Source: Pseudomonadota bacterium
Lineage (GTDB): Bacteria > Desulfobacterota > Desulfobacteria > Desulfobacterales > RPRI01
Assembly: GCA_043825875.1 (NCBI GenBank)
Contig: JBDRRF010000079.1
Coordinates: forward strand, 32,001 to 96,000
Direction: 5' to 3'
DNA length: 64,000 nucleotides
The notes beneath the pieces are model-generated. The model had not been told where the DNA came from, did no database searches, and worked only from the letters and a program-made list of their open reading frames with translations. The number at the start of each line of letters is the position of its first letter. Position 1 is the first letter of the stretch. Below, piece by piece: positions 29,458 to 38,442 of this stretch. The position numbers and the translations under genes were made by a program.

Positions 29458-32163
29458 ATGGTTGTTTCTGCCGAAATAAAAAACAAAGATTTAGATAAAA
29501 CCCTTTTTCTTATAGATGGAAGCGCATACATCTATCGTGCTTACCATGCAATAAGAAATCTTTCCAATTCCAAAGGGCTTCCTACAAATGCAATTTTCGG
29601 TTTCGCCCGCATTTTAATCAAGCTTATAGAAGACTGGGCACCCAAATATGTTGTTATGGTTTTTGATGCCAAAGGCCCGACCTTCAGGCATGATCTTTAT
29701 AAAGACTACAAAGCCACACGACCTCCCATGCCGGATGATTTGCAGATACAGATTCCCTATATAAAAGAAATCACAAAAGCTTTTAACCTGCCTGTTATAG
29801 AAATACAAGGTTATGAAGCTGATGATGTTATAGGCACTCTTGCACACCGGGCCGAAGACTCGGGTTTTTCATCTGTTATGGTAACAGGAGACAAAGACTT
29901 TCTACAGCTTGTAACCGATAAATCCATCATCTGGGATCCCATGAAAGACAAAGTAACCGATTTAAATTCCTTTAAGGAAGAATTCGGTCTTATGCCAAAA
30001 CAGATGATCGATGTAATGGGGCTTTCGGGAGATACCTCAGATAATGTTCCAGGAGTTCCCGGAATCGGTCCCAAAACAGCTCTTGATCTGATAAAAAATT
30101 TCGGGAGCATGAAAAACCTTTATGATAATATTGATTCAATTACCAAAAAAAAGCAGCATGAAAACCTGATCCAATTTAAAGAACAAGCGGATTTAAGCAA
30201 AAAGCTTGTAGAAATAGACACAAACGCACCTGTTGATTTTGAGCAGGATGCTTTTTGTTATAAAAAGCCGGACAACCAAAAATTATCCGCGCTGTTTCAG
30301 GAACTGGAGTTTCGACAGCTTCAGCAGAGTTTCTCCGGCCATTCGGATCTTTCAGAAAAAAAGTACAGTATTATTGATGACATAAAATCACTTTCCGAAC
30401 TAGTAGAAAGGCTTAAGACCGCAGACCATTTTGCCCTTGATACGGAAACAACATCTGAAAAACCATTGAAAGCAAAGCTTGTAGGAATATCTGTATCACT
30501 AAAAGCACACGAAGCATTTTATATCCCTCTGGCTCATGAATACGAAGGCGTGCCCAAACAGCTTGGCATGGATGAAACAATTAAAACGCTTAAAACTGTA
30601 TTTGAAAATCCTGATATAAAGAAAATAGGCCAGAACATTAAATACGACTGGATAGTGCTCAGGCGTCACGGCATTGAGCTTGCCGGAGTATATTCCGATA
30701 CAATGGTTGCATCTTATCTGATTAATCCCTCAAAGCGGGCGCACAATCTTGACCAGATAGCTCTTGATTTTCTCGGGCATAAAAAAATAACTTTTGAAGA
30801 AACGGTTGGAAAGAAAAAGCCTGAATCCGGCTTTGCTAACGTACCTTTGGAAAAGGCTGTCTCATATGCCTGTGAAGACGCTGATATCACTCTTATGGCT
30901 CACGAGGTGCTTTTACCAAAGCTAACCGAGATTGGCGTTAAAGACCTTTTTGAAAACGTTGAAATGCCTCTTATCCCTGTTCTTATGAAGATGGAAACAA
31001 ATGGAATATGTGTGGACAGAAACAGGTTATTAGAACTTTCAAAGCATTTTAAACAGCAGTTAGAAGATCTTGAAGAAAATATTTATTCAACTGCCGGAAT
31101 GACTTTTAATATCAAATCGCCACAGCAGCTTGGAGAAGTTCTTTTTGAAAAGCTTATGCTTCCGGTAAAGAAGAAAACGAAAAAAAAGACGGGTTATTCA
31201 ACTGATGTGGATGTACTGACAGAACTTGCAGAAAAGCATGAACTCCCTGCGCTTGTATTAAGGCACAGAACGCTTTCCAAGCTTAAATCAACCTATACTG
31301 ATGCACTGCTTGAAATTGCAGACCCAAAAACAGACAGAATACACACCTCATTCAACCAGACAGTAACAGCTACCGGAAGGCTTAGCAGTTCAAATCCCAA
31401 TCTTCAGAATATTCCTATAAAAACCGATGAGGGAAGAGAGATAAGAAGCGCTTTTGTCCCACAAAATGGCTGGAGTCTTATTTCAGCCGATTACTCCCAG
31501 ATAGAGCTTCGCCTTCTTGCCCATTGCGCGGAAGATGAAATACTGATCAAAGCTTTTTTAGAAGATGAAGATATTCATACAAGAACAGCTATAGAAATAT
31601 TCCAGATTTTCCCGGATTTTATAACACCTGAGTTAAGAAATCAGGCAAAGACAATAAATTTCAGCATTATATACGGGATAAGCGCTTTCAGCCTTGCAAA
31701 GGATCTTGGTATCAGCCATAAAATGGCCCAAACGTATATTGATAATTATTTTGCGGGATACAAAGGAGTAAGCAAATTTATCGAAAAAACCATTAATGAC
31801 GCGCATGAAAATAAAAAAACCTCTACACTTTTGGGGCGCATAAGACTTCTTCACGATATAGATAGCTCCAACAAAATTGTAAAAGCAGCGGCAGAGCGCA
31901 TCGCGGTTAATACTCCTATACAGGGCACAGCCGCTGATCTGATAAAGATTGCTATGATAAATATAGATAAAGCTTTTACACAAAAAAATCTTAAAAGCGC
32001 AATGCTTCTTTCCGTTCACGATGAGCTTGTTTTTGAAGTACCACCGGAAGAACTTGATATGGTCACTGAACTTGTTAGAGATATAATGGAAAATGTCTGG
32101 ACTCTTAAAGTTCCGCTTAAAGTAAATATTTCATCAGGTATAAACTGGGCAAAAGCGCACTAG
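29458..32163 (+). CDS. polA: DNA polymerase I
   Basis: 5'-3' exonuclease (LIDGS, EADD, GIGPKTA), DTETT, TGRLSSSNPNLQNIP, DYSQIELR, VHDEL. Confidence 0.98.
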   Translation: MVVSAEIKNKDLDKTLFLIDGSAYIYRAYHAIRNLSNSKGLPTNAIFGFARILIKLIEDWAPKYVVMVFDAKGPTFRHDLYKDYKATRPPMPDDLQIQIPYIKEITKAFNLPVIEIQGYEADDVIGTLAHRAEDSGFSSVMVTGDKDFLQLVTDKSIIWDPMKDKVTDLNSFKEEFGLMPKQMIDVMGLSGDTSDNVPGVPGIGPKTALDLIKNFGSMKNLYDNIDSITKKKQHENLIQFKEQADLSKKLVEIDTNAPVDFEQDAFCYKKPDNQKLSALFQELEFRQLQQSFSGHSDLSEKKYSIIDDIKSLSELVERLKTADHFALDTETTSEKPLKAKLVGISVSLKAHEAFYIPLAHEYEGVPKQLGMDETIKTLKTVFENPDIKKIGQNIKYDWIVLRRHGIELAGVYSDTMVASYLINPSKRAHNLDQIALDFLGHKKITFEETVGKKKPESGFANVPLEKAVSYACEDADITLMAHEVLLPKLTEIGVKDLFENVEMPLIPVLMKMETNGICVDRNRLLELSKHFKQQLEDLEENIYSTAGMTFNIKSPQQLGEVLFEKLMLPVKKKTKKKTGYSTDVDVLTELAEKHELPALVLRHRTLSKLKSTYTDALLEIADPKTDRIHTSFNQTVTATGRLSSSNPNLQNIPIKTDEGREIRSAFVPQNGWSLISADYSQIELRLLAHCAEDEILIKAFLEDEDIHTRTAIEIFQIFPDFITPELRNQAKTINFSIIYGISAFSLAKDLGISHKMAQTYIDNYFAGYKGVSKFIEKTINDAHENKKTSTLLGRIRLLHDIDSSNKIVKAAAERIAVNTPIQGTAADLIKIAMINIDKAFTQKNLKSAMLLSVHDELVFEVPPEELDMVTELVRDIMENVWTLKVPLKVNISSGINWAKAH

Positions 32164-32198
32164 AAACAGGATCACATAAAAAAGTTGGTGATCCTATA

Positions 32199-32234
32199 AG
32201 GGTTCAAGGGGTCAAGGATTCCAGGATTCAAGTG
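32199..32234. repeat. octamer repeat array, left arm only
   Basis: AGGGTTCA AGGGGTCA AGGATTCC AGGATTCA AGTG; preceded by hairpin AGGATCAC/GTGATCCT. Confidence 0.65.
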
Positions 32235-32283
32235 GAGTAAGGAAAACTTACAAATACTATAAAGAGGTATTAGTAAAGTTGAA

Positions 32284-33060
32284 ATGAGACTTTTTTATAT
32301 TGAACAATCAGAGCTTGCAGGAACAAATCCCTCAATAAGAGGTGTTGATGCAAGACATATTATAAATGTACTTCGATTAAAACCCGGAGACAGTATAGAG
32401 CTTTTTGATGAATCAGGTATAAAATATGAAGCAAAGATTGTTGCTGTCTCTTCTGCAAAAGTTGATGTAAATATTGTAGGACAAAGCAATCATGTTGTTG
32501 AATCGTTTCTTGAGATAGTTGTCGCCCAATCCTTTCTTAAAGAAGGCAAAATGGATAATCTTATCCGGCAACTCACAGAACTTGGCATTACAAAATGGAT
32601 ACCATTCATATCGGAACGTTCAGTTTCAAGACCGGATGACAAACGCCTGCTTAATCGTACAAAACGATGGGAAGCCATAGCAAAAGAAGCAACCAAGCAG
32701 TGTAAACGGGCCAAAAGCCCCAAAATAGGAAAAACTGTTTCCTTTAAAGAAATTTTAGAATCAAAACCAGAATTTGATCTTAAAATAATATTCTGGGAAA
32801 ATGAAAAAAACCTTCTTGGGATAAAAGACCTTGGTGGCAAACATGGGGTTATAAACAAAATCCTTGTAATGCTTGGGCCTGAAGGGGGTTTTACAACAAG
32901 TGAAGTCGAAAAAGCAAAAGAAAGCGGTTTTTTAACAGCCGGTCTTGGCCCCCGAATCTTAAGAGCTGAAACCGCTAGCCTATCAGCATGCACCCTTATT
33001 CAGTTTCTTTTTGGAGATATTGGGCAAAAAATCCTTGACAAGAATGCAGGCATAAAATAG
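32284..33060 (+). CDS. rsmE: 16S rRNA m3U1498 methyltransferase
   Basis: HIINVLRL, TELGI, GPEGGF, LGPRILRAETA. Confidence 0.95.
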   Translation: MRLFYIEQSELAGTNPSIRGVDARHIINVLRLKPGDSIELFDESGIKYEAKIVAVSSAKVDVNIVGQSNHVVESFLEIVVAQSFLKEGKMDNLIRQLTELGITKWIPFISERSVSRPDDKRLLNRTKRWEAIAKEATKQCKRAKSPKIGKTVSFKEILESKPEFDLKIIFWENEKNLLGIKDLGGKHGVINKILVMLGPEGGFTTSEVEKAKESGFLTAGLGPRILRAETASLSACTLIQFLFGDIGQKILDKNAGIK

Positions 33061-33082
33061 ATAAGACTTCTGTTTTTAGTAC

Positions 33083-33158
<76 letters not shown>

Positions 33159-33166
33159 ATAAAATC

Positions 33167-33201
33167 AAGCCTTTAAAGCTTATTTGCTTTAAAGGCTTTT
33201 T
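33167..33201 (+). terminator. intrinsic terminator after tRNA-Phe
   Basis: AAGCCTTTAAAGC-loop-GCTTTAAAGGCTT followed by T tract. Confidence 0.8.
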
Positions 33202-33270
33202 CATTTTAAGGTATTTATGCAAGGCCTTTGCAAGGATTAAAACCATCGTAAAAAAGTTTCTCTTCTGCAT

Positions 33271-33307
33271 TAAAAAAGGCGGATAGTCTCTTACCCGCCT
33301 TTTTTAT
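33271..33307. terminator. bidirectional terminator-like hairpin
   Basis: AAAAAAGGCGG...CCGCCTTTTTT. Confidence 0.65.
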
Positions 33308-33381
33308 CACTACTGGTTTTATTCCTTGACAAGAATTCCTTTAATTAAATATAATATTTATCAAATAAAGGAAGGTTAACC

Positions 33382-33759
33382 ATGAACGAAAAAGAAAAAA
33401 ACATGAATGAGGCTGCTTTTTCGGTCAATATTTTAATCAAAAAAAATGATGATTTATTTGTTGCTCATTGCCTTGAATTGGATATTGTTGCAACCGGGAA
33501 AACCATAGCTGAGGTGCAAAGCGAAATAATTTCTTTAATCTCTGCACAAATAGAATACGCTTTCACCAATAACAACCTTGAACATCTATATCATCCTGCT
33601 CCACCTGAAGTATGGAATGAATTCTTTTCCTGCAAAAAACAGATTGAAAGCAAATACAAAATTAAACCCGGATCTTTAGAGTCAGATAAAAAACATAATA
33701 TCCTTCCGCCATGGCTAATTGCAAAAACATGTCAATCCGGGTCCTCCTGTAATGCCTAA
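33382..33759 (+). CDS. HicB-like antitoxin (RNase H-like fold)
   Basis: FVAHCLELDIVATGKTIAEV; upstream TTGACA-18-TATAAT at 33326-33355. Confidence 0.65.
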   Translation: MNEKEKNMNEAAFSVNILIKKNDDLFVAHCLELDIVATGKTIAEVQSEIISLISAQIEYAFTNNNLEHLYHPAPPEVWNEFFSCKKQIESKYKIKPGSLESDKKHNILPPWLIAKTCQSGSSCNA

Positions 33760-33967
33760 GCGCCCTTATACAATTAGGGAACTTCTAAAAAAACTTAAAA
33801 CATATGGCATTGTAATAATGCCATCAAAACGCGGTAAGGGCTCCGAAGTTATACTATTAAAACCAAACAAACCCGGTTCTAAACAAGGACCGCAAATTCC
33901 AATTAAAAATCATGGCCCTTCAACAGAAATACACTACCCTGTTATCCTGATTGGGGGCATATTTTGA
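33752..33967 (+). CDS. HicA-like toxin, probably C-terminally truncated
   Basis: ATG overlaps the hicB stop; RELLKKLKTYG..RGKGSE..IPIKNHG..EIHYPVI, then an abrupt end. Confidence 0.55.
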   Translation: MPKRPYTIRELLKKLKTYGIVIMPSKRGKGSEVILLKPNKPGSKQGPQIPIKNHGPSTEIHYPVILIGGIF

Positions 33968-34175
33968 CACTTTTACATACTGTGAAAATCGGTGTTTAAA
34001 AAACCTCTTGATTTGATTTAAGTAAAGTGTTACCGGGATTTAAGCATTGTTGATCATTACATAATTTTAAAAATTGAGCCCAGTAATCGGGCAAAAGGAA
34101 GGATTTCGCAAAGGTCTCAATTTATTATCCCAGTTTAGTAATGCATGTAACCGACAGTGCGGAGCTATGAATTCT

Positions 34176-35696
34176 TTAAAAGTCAAGCGGACTTTTGGCT
34201 TCTTTCAGGGTTGTACTTTTGATGGTATGTGTATAAATCATAGTGGTTCTGACATCACTATGCCCCAGTAATTCCTGAATGGTCCTTATATCATAGTTTG
34301 CCTGCAATAAATGACTGGCAAAGCTGTGGCGAAAGGTATGAGCAGTGGCACGTTTTGTAATCCTTGATTTGTCTACCGCCTTTTTTATGGTTTTTTGAAC
34401 AAGGCTTTCATGCAAATGATAACGTCGGTACTCCCCGCTTTTCTTTTCATAAGTTAATTGCATTGCCGGAAAAAACCACTGCCATATAAAATCCTTTGCT
34501 GCATTTTTATATTTTAACTCTAATGCATTTACCAGAAATACTCCGGCATATTTTCTTTCAATGTCCCGTTTATGCAAATCTTTCAATGTCTCAAGATGAT
34601 TTTTAAGTTCAGAAATGATTTTTTCGGGAAGCGGGACTGTTCTATCCTTTTGGCCTTTACCGTCATGAACTGTTAATATCCCTGCATCAAAATTCATACA
34701 ATGCACACGAAGACCCAGGCATTCAAAAAGTCGAAGTCCGCACCCATAAAGCAATTTCACAACAAGATCAAAGGGAGGTTCCAATAATTTCAGGATATCA
34801 TCAATCTCTTCACGAGATAGGACTACAGGGATATATGGTTTCCTTTTTGCTCTTACAACCCCGTCGAGTTTCCCGAATTCCCTGCGTAGAATATGCCGAT
34901 AAAAAAATAACAGCGAATTAAAAGCCTGGTTCTGAGTGGAAGAAGCTACTTTTCGCTTCACAGCCAAAGAGGTTAAGAATTCTTTAACATCGTCTGCTGA
35001 AAGCAATTCCGGGTTCTTGCTTTTTGTAAAAGTCTGGAATTTTCGAACCCATCCTTTATATGTCCTGAGAGTTTTAGGAGAATAATGCCTTACACTTATT
35101 TCATTCTCCAGGCCTGTGTATTCCTTTACCCATGAAGCACCGGTTGCTTGAACAGCGTACTTCTTATTTACCGGTTTGCTGACGGTTTTTAATGAACCGT
35201 TAAAAGTTGGTGATTCCGTAATAACTCCCGAAACCGTCATGCCGGACTCGATCTGGCATCCAGAATTGTTTATAATTTCAGAATGCTGGCTTTCGCTGGT
35301 ATGATGGGGCAAACTATTATCCTGCTTTGCGGGTCCATTAACAGCCTCACGAACAGAAAAAGCTTTGTGGCTTTTAGAAGGAATATATTCCCGATAATTT
35401 ACAGATTGGGTTACGATTTCCTTGTCTGTGAGACCTTTCATCTCAATTACTTCATAATACAGATTTACTGCAATTATTGCTTGATCTTGCTGCTCTTTAG
35501 TCTGTTTTTTTTCTTGCAGTTTACGGACAAACAGTAACAATTTATCTTTATTCGCTGGTGGGTGGCTATACTTGCCGCAAAAGTCCAAATAATAGCGCAG
35601 CCATTTTTTGTAAGCCACTTGTAAATTATTTGGGATTTTTCTTTTTATTAAAATAGCTTCAAATTGTTCCAGTATTTGGGAAGGGATAGCAAGCAT
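34176..35696 (-). CDS. intI: integron integrase (long form)
   Basis: STQNQAFNSLLF, LLYGCGLRLFE, GKGQKDR, IntI-specific patch ALELKYKNAAKDFIWQWFFPA..RRYHLHES, HTFRHSFASHLL, LLGHSDVRTTMIYTH. Confidence 0.95.
   Translation of the reverse strand: MLAIPSQILEQFEAILIKRKIPNNLQVAYKKWLRYYLDFCGKYSHPPANKDKLLLFVRKLQEKKQTKEQQDQAIIAVNLYYEVIEMKGLTDKEIVTQSVNYREYIPSKSHKAFSVREAVNGPAKQDNSLPHHTSESQHSEIINNSGCQIESGMTVSGVITESPTFNGSLKTVSKPVNKKYAVQATGASWVKEYTGLENEISVRHYSPKTLRTYKGWVRKFQTFTKSKNPELLSADDVKEFLTSLAVKRKVASSTQNQAFNSLLFFYRHILRREFGKLDGVVRAKRKPYIPVVLSREEIDDILKLLEPPFDLVVKLLYGCGLRLFECLGLRVHCMNFDAGILTVHDGKGQKDRTVPLPEKIISELKNHLETLKDLHKRDIERKYAGVFLVNALELKYKNAAKDFIWQWFFPAMQLTYEKKSGEYRRYHLHESLVQKTIKKAVDKSRITKRATAHTFRHSFASHLLQANYDIRTIQELLGHSDVRTTMIYTHTIKSTTLKEAKSPLDF
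35189..35341. repeat. REP/MITE copy embedded in-frame in intI
   Basis: 35235-35307 aligns ungapped with the reverse complement of the 25180 element; degenerate outer ends TTAATGAACCG / GGGTCCATTAA. Confidence 0.75.
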
Positions 35697-35894
35697 ATAA
35701 TCTCCTTCTTCCAGATAGTTTGATAAATAATATGATATCTGGAAAGTTAAAAAATATATTATTGCAAATTTCTTGTCAATAGATTATATGTAGTTCAAAT
35801 TTAAATCAAAATAACCCTTGGTCATTTTGTAATTTAACTTAAACATTATAGATTTTTTTCTAAAACTTTGTGTTGATCATACGAAATTACAAGA

Positions 35895-35924
35895 TCACCG
35901 GATCTGGTGAATAACTTGTTAGGT
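35895..35924 (+). other. attI site (core GTTAGGT at 35918-35924)
   Basis: Lies upstream of and divergent from intI; GAATAAC-TT-GTTAGGT immediately precedes the first cassette. Confidence 0.65.
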
Positions 35925-35955
35925 GTCCCCCACACAAAGACGAAAGGATATTATT

Positions 35956-36663
35956 ATGGGTTTCTTTAAAAAAATTTTTGGTAAAGAAAACGCTTCACGA
36001 TCATCAAATTCTGATAAAAATGATAAAGAAAGACAAAGTGAAAAGCGAATCACATTACCGGATGTACTTGCTAAAAAAGGTGATATGAACATTAGAGATG
36101 TAATTAAATCCTGTTCATCAAATGAATTACAAAAAATTATCAATGAATTACCTATTGAATCCCTCATATTAGATTCAACCGCATGTTCAGACGTTAGGCT
36201 GAATGACAGGTTGTTTCAAATTTGTATTCAATTTTCATCAGTTCTTGCGAATTATGATAGTATTAGAAATGAAAATCCTGATTTTAAGTTGCCTGTAGAC
36301 TTACCTGCTTTTGAATTATCAAAAAATTTAATCCCAAGATTTGTAGAACAAATAAAGGCTCAAAATACTTCTGATATTTTCCCCGCAGCTGGTCAAGAAA
36401 TATTCATTTTTGCACAAGACCTGATTAAAGGAGGGTGGAATCATGAGGCATTCGATTGTCTTTCAGTATGCGAGAACATCCCAGGTTTAAATAAAAATGA
36501 AGTTGTATTTTGGTCATGGGCATCTCTCCATAACATTGCCACTAAAACTAAGGTTCGTAAAATTATCAAACGTGCTTTGGAAGCTTCGAAAAAAATACCT
36601 GCTGGCCGTCGTGAAGAAGTTGCAAAGGCTATAGAGTGGGAACGTAAACAATTATTTGGCTAA
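35956..36663 (+). CDS. integron cassette hypothetical protein
   Basis: ATG 35956 after GAAAGGA; begins MGFFKKIFG; stop codon lies in GGCTAAC. Confidence 0.75.
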   Translation: MGFFKKIFGKENASRSSNSDKNDKERQSEKRITLPDVLAKKGDMNIRDVIKSCSSNELQKIINELPIESLILDSTACSDVRLNDRLFQICIQFSSVLANYDSIRNENPDFKLPVDLPAFELSKNLIPRFVEQIKAQNTSDIFPAAGQEIFIFAQDLIKGGWNHEAFDCLSVCENIPGLNKNEVVFWSWASLHNIATKTKVRKIIKRALEASKKIPAGRREEVAKAIEWERKQLFG

Positions 36664-36712
36664 CAAAAAACAGCTGACGCAAAAAGCCGCACCGCTAATT
36701 TTGACGTAGAAG
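36658..36712 (+). other. degenerate attC site
   Basis: GGCTAAC..CAGCTGACGCAAAAAGCCGCACCGCTAATTTT..GTAGAAG; same family as attC 37441 and 40117, but R' lacks GTT. Confidence 0.7.
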
Positions 36713-36724
36713 GAGGAAACTATT

Positions 36725-37420
36725 ATGGGTTTTTGGGGAAAAATATTTGGTAATAAAAATAATAACGATATAAAAATCGTCAAAAATGGAACTCATCACA
36801 ACTGGTATTTTTCAGAGGATAAAAAACGTGGATTGAACCAAATTGTCTTAAATCTCGATGGTCGTTCAGCAACCAAATCGCAATTTGGTAATTTGATTCT
36901 TAATCGTAATAAGTATGGTCCACTTTTTAGTGACCTTGCTGTTGGCTTTTTTGACCTTGATACAAATCCCGGCCCTTTTTTATTGGTTAAAAATTCTAGA
37001 TATGCCAAAGAACTTGCAAATGAGTCTATTACCATTGCATTTACATTTTGTCACATGCCATCGGGTCCACTATTCGCAATTTTCATGTATCCAAATTCAA
37101 AACAAGAAAGACTTCCTCCAGGAGCTTGCTTTACTGACCAAGTTTACAATATTAATGATTTTAAAGATCTAATTACAGGGTCATTTAAGAAAGATAAAAT
37201 GACTATTGTTTTTGCACAGGGTGGTGGCATGGCTGGTATAGATTGCCTTTTTGATGTGGAATATATTTTTAACAATTCACTTCATGAAAAATTTATAGAA
37301 CAATGGTCTAAACTTATTGAACACGGAAAGTCTGTACGTTCAATTTCTTTTGAAGCAAGTAGAGAAGAACTTTATGCCCGAACTCCAACCAATGAATCTC
37401 CAATTCTTAGGTTAAAATAA
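36725..37420 (+). CDS. integron cassette hypothetical protein
   Basis: AGGAGG RBS; begins MGFWGKIFG; followed by an attC. Confidence 0.8.
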   Translation: MGFWGKIFGNKNNNDIKIVKNGTHHNWYFSEDKKRGLNQIVLNLDGRSATKSQFGNLILNRNKYGPLFSDLAVGFFDLDTNPGPFLLVKNSRYAKELANESITIAFTFCHMPSGPLFAIFMYPNSKQERLPPGACFTDQVYNINDFKDLITGSFKKDKMTIVFAQGGGMAGIDCLFDVEYIFNNSLHEKFIEQWSKLIEHGKSVRSISFEASREELYARTPTNESPILRLK

Positions 37421-37440
37421 TGAGCGAGTAGCCCAAGAAC

Positions 37441-37500
37441 ACCTAACCAGGCTAATTCAGCCGACGCAAAAAGCCGCGCGGCTGATTAGCGGCGTTCGGC
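37441..37500 (+). other. attC site (60 bp)
   Basis: R'' ACCTAAC, GCTAATTCAGCCG / CGGCTGATTAGC stem with one extrahelical base, R' GTTCGGC. Confidence 0.9.
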
Positions 37501-37660
37501 AGGAGGCACTATTCTATTTGGGATTTTTCAGTCAAAAGCCATGTTCGAAGAACTTGAAACATTGAAAAAGAGCTATGACCAAATTAAAGAAAGCAAAATG
37601 GAATGCCTATTATGTATTAGTAGACATTATAAGTTGAACCTGAATTGAGAAAGGAGAAAC

Positions 37661-38209
37661 ATGAGAAAAACAATGGTGGTTTACATGTTGATTTGTTGTT
37701 TGGCGGTTTTAGTTAGCTGTCGACATCAAGGTGCATATGTCCCATACACTCCAGACCCGCAAGAGACATGGAGTTACAGTTCAATAACAAGCCCAGTAGT
37801 CACTAATGATTACACCATATCTATTGTGCCTGAATATTGGGGGAGTTACCGCAGAAATTTCGGATGGCAATGTTTTGCGCTTTCCGTAGAAAATAAGACG
37901 GATAAAAATATCGAAATTGTGTGGGACAAAACCCTTTTTGTAACAAAAGGTTCAACGAGTGGCAGATTTATGTTTGATGGCGTGATTTACAAAGATCGCA
38001 ACAATCCAAAACCCAACGATATTGTATTTGGAAATACCACACTTACCAAGTTAATTTTACCCAATAACCTCTTGGAATATATTAGGGGGTCTTCGATGGG
38101 GTGGCTTCATAATATAATACCACAAGGTGAAACTGGTATATATATTACCATTAAGATAGATGAAAAAGAAATTGGCGAAAAAGTGATAGTTAATATAAGT
38201 AAGGAATAA
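37661..38209 (+). CDS. integron cassette lipoprotein, hypothetical
   Basis: AAGGAGA RBS; lipobox LVSC. Confidence 0.8.
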   Translation: MRKTMVVYMLICCLAVLVSCRHQGAYVPYTPDPQETWSYSSITSPVVTNDYTISIVPEYWGSYRRNFGWQCFALSVENKTDKNIEIVWDKTLFVTKGSTSGRFMFDGVIYKDRNNPKPNDIVFGNTTLTKLILPNNLLEYIRGSSMGWLHNIIPQGETGIYITIKIDEKEIGEKVIVNISKE

Positions 38210-38278
38210 AGTAAGTTGCTTACAACCAGACAGTTTGGGAAGAAGCGGGACGTTCCAATGAACAACAAGGCAGAAAGC

Positions 38279-38405
38279 GCCGAACAATTTAATACACACT
38301 GACCCCAAGGAGCTATTTTTTCGGCTGTCATTTCGGCTGTAGTTACCATAGTTTCCTGTGTTGTAGTTTTGTGTTTCCTTGGGGCAGGTGATCATGGCGT
38401 TAGCT
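38279..38405 (+). other. attC site (127 bp)
   Basis: R'' GCCGAAC (complement of this cassette's 5' GTTCGGC), CACTGACCCCAAGGA / TCCTTGGGGCAGGTG stem, R' GTTAGCT. Confidence 0.85.
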
Positions 38406-38442
38406 TACGAATGAAAATGAAAACCAGACATCAAAAAAAATA

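Noticed and set aside
34048..35880. 10-bp direct repeat TGTTGATCAT on both sides of intI
   Set aside because: Too short in AT-rich DNA to call a target duplication without comparative data.
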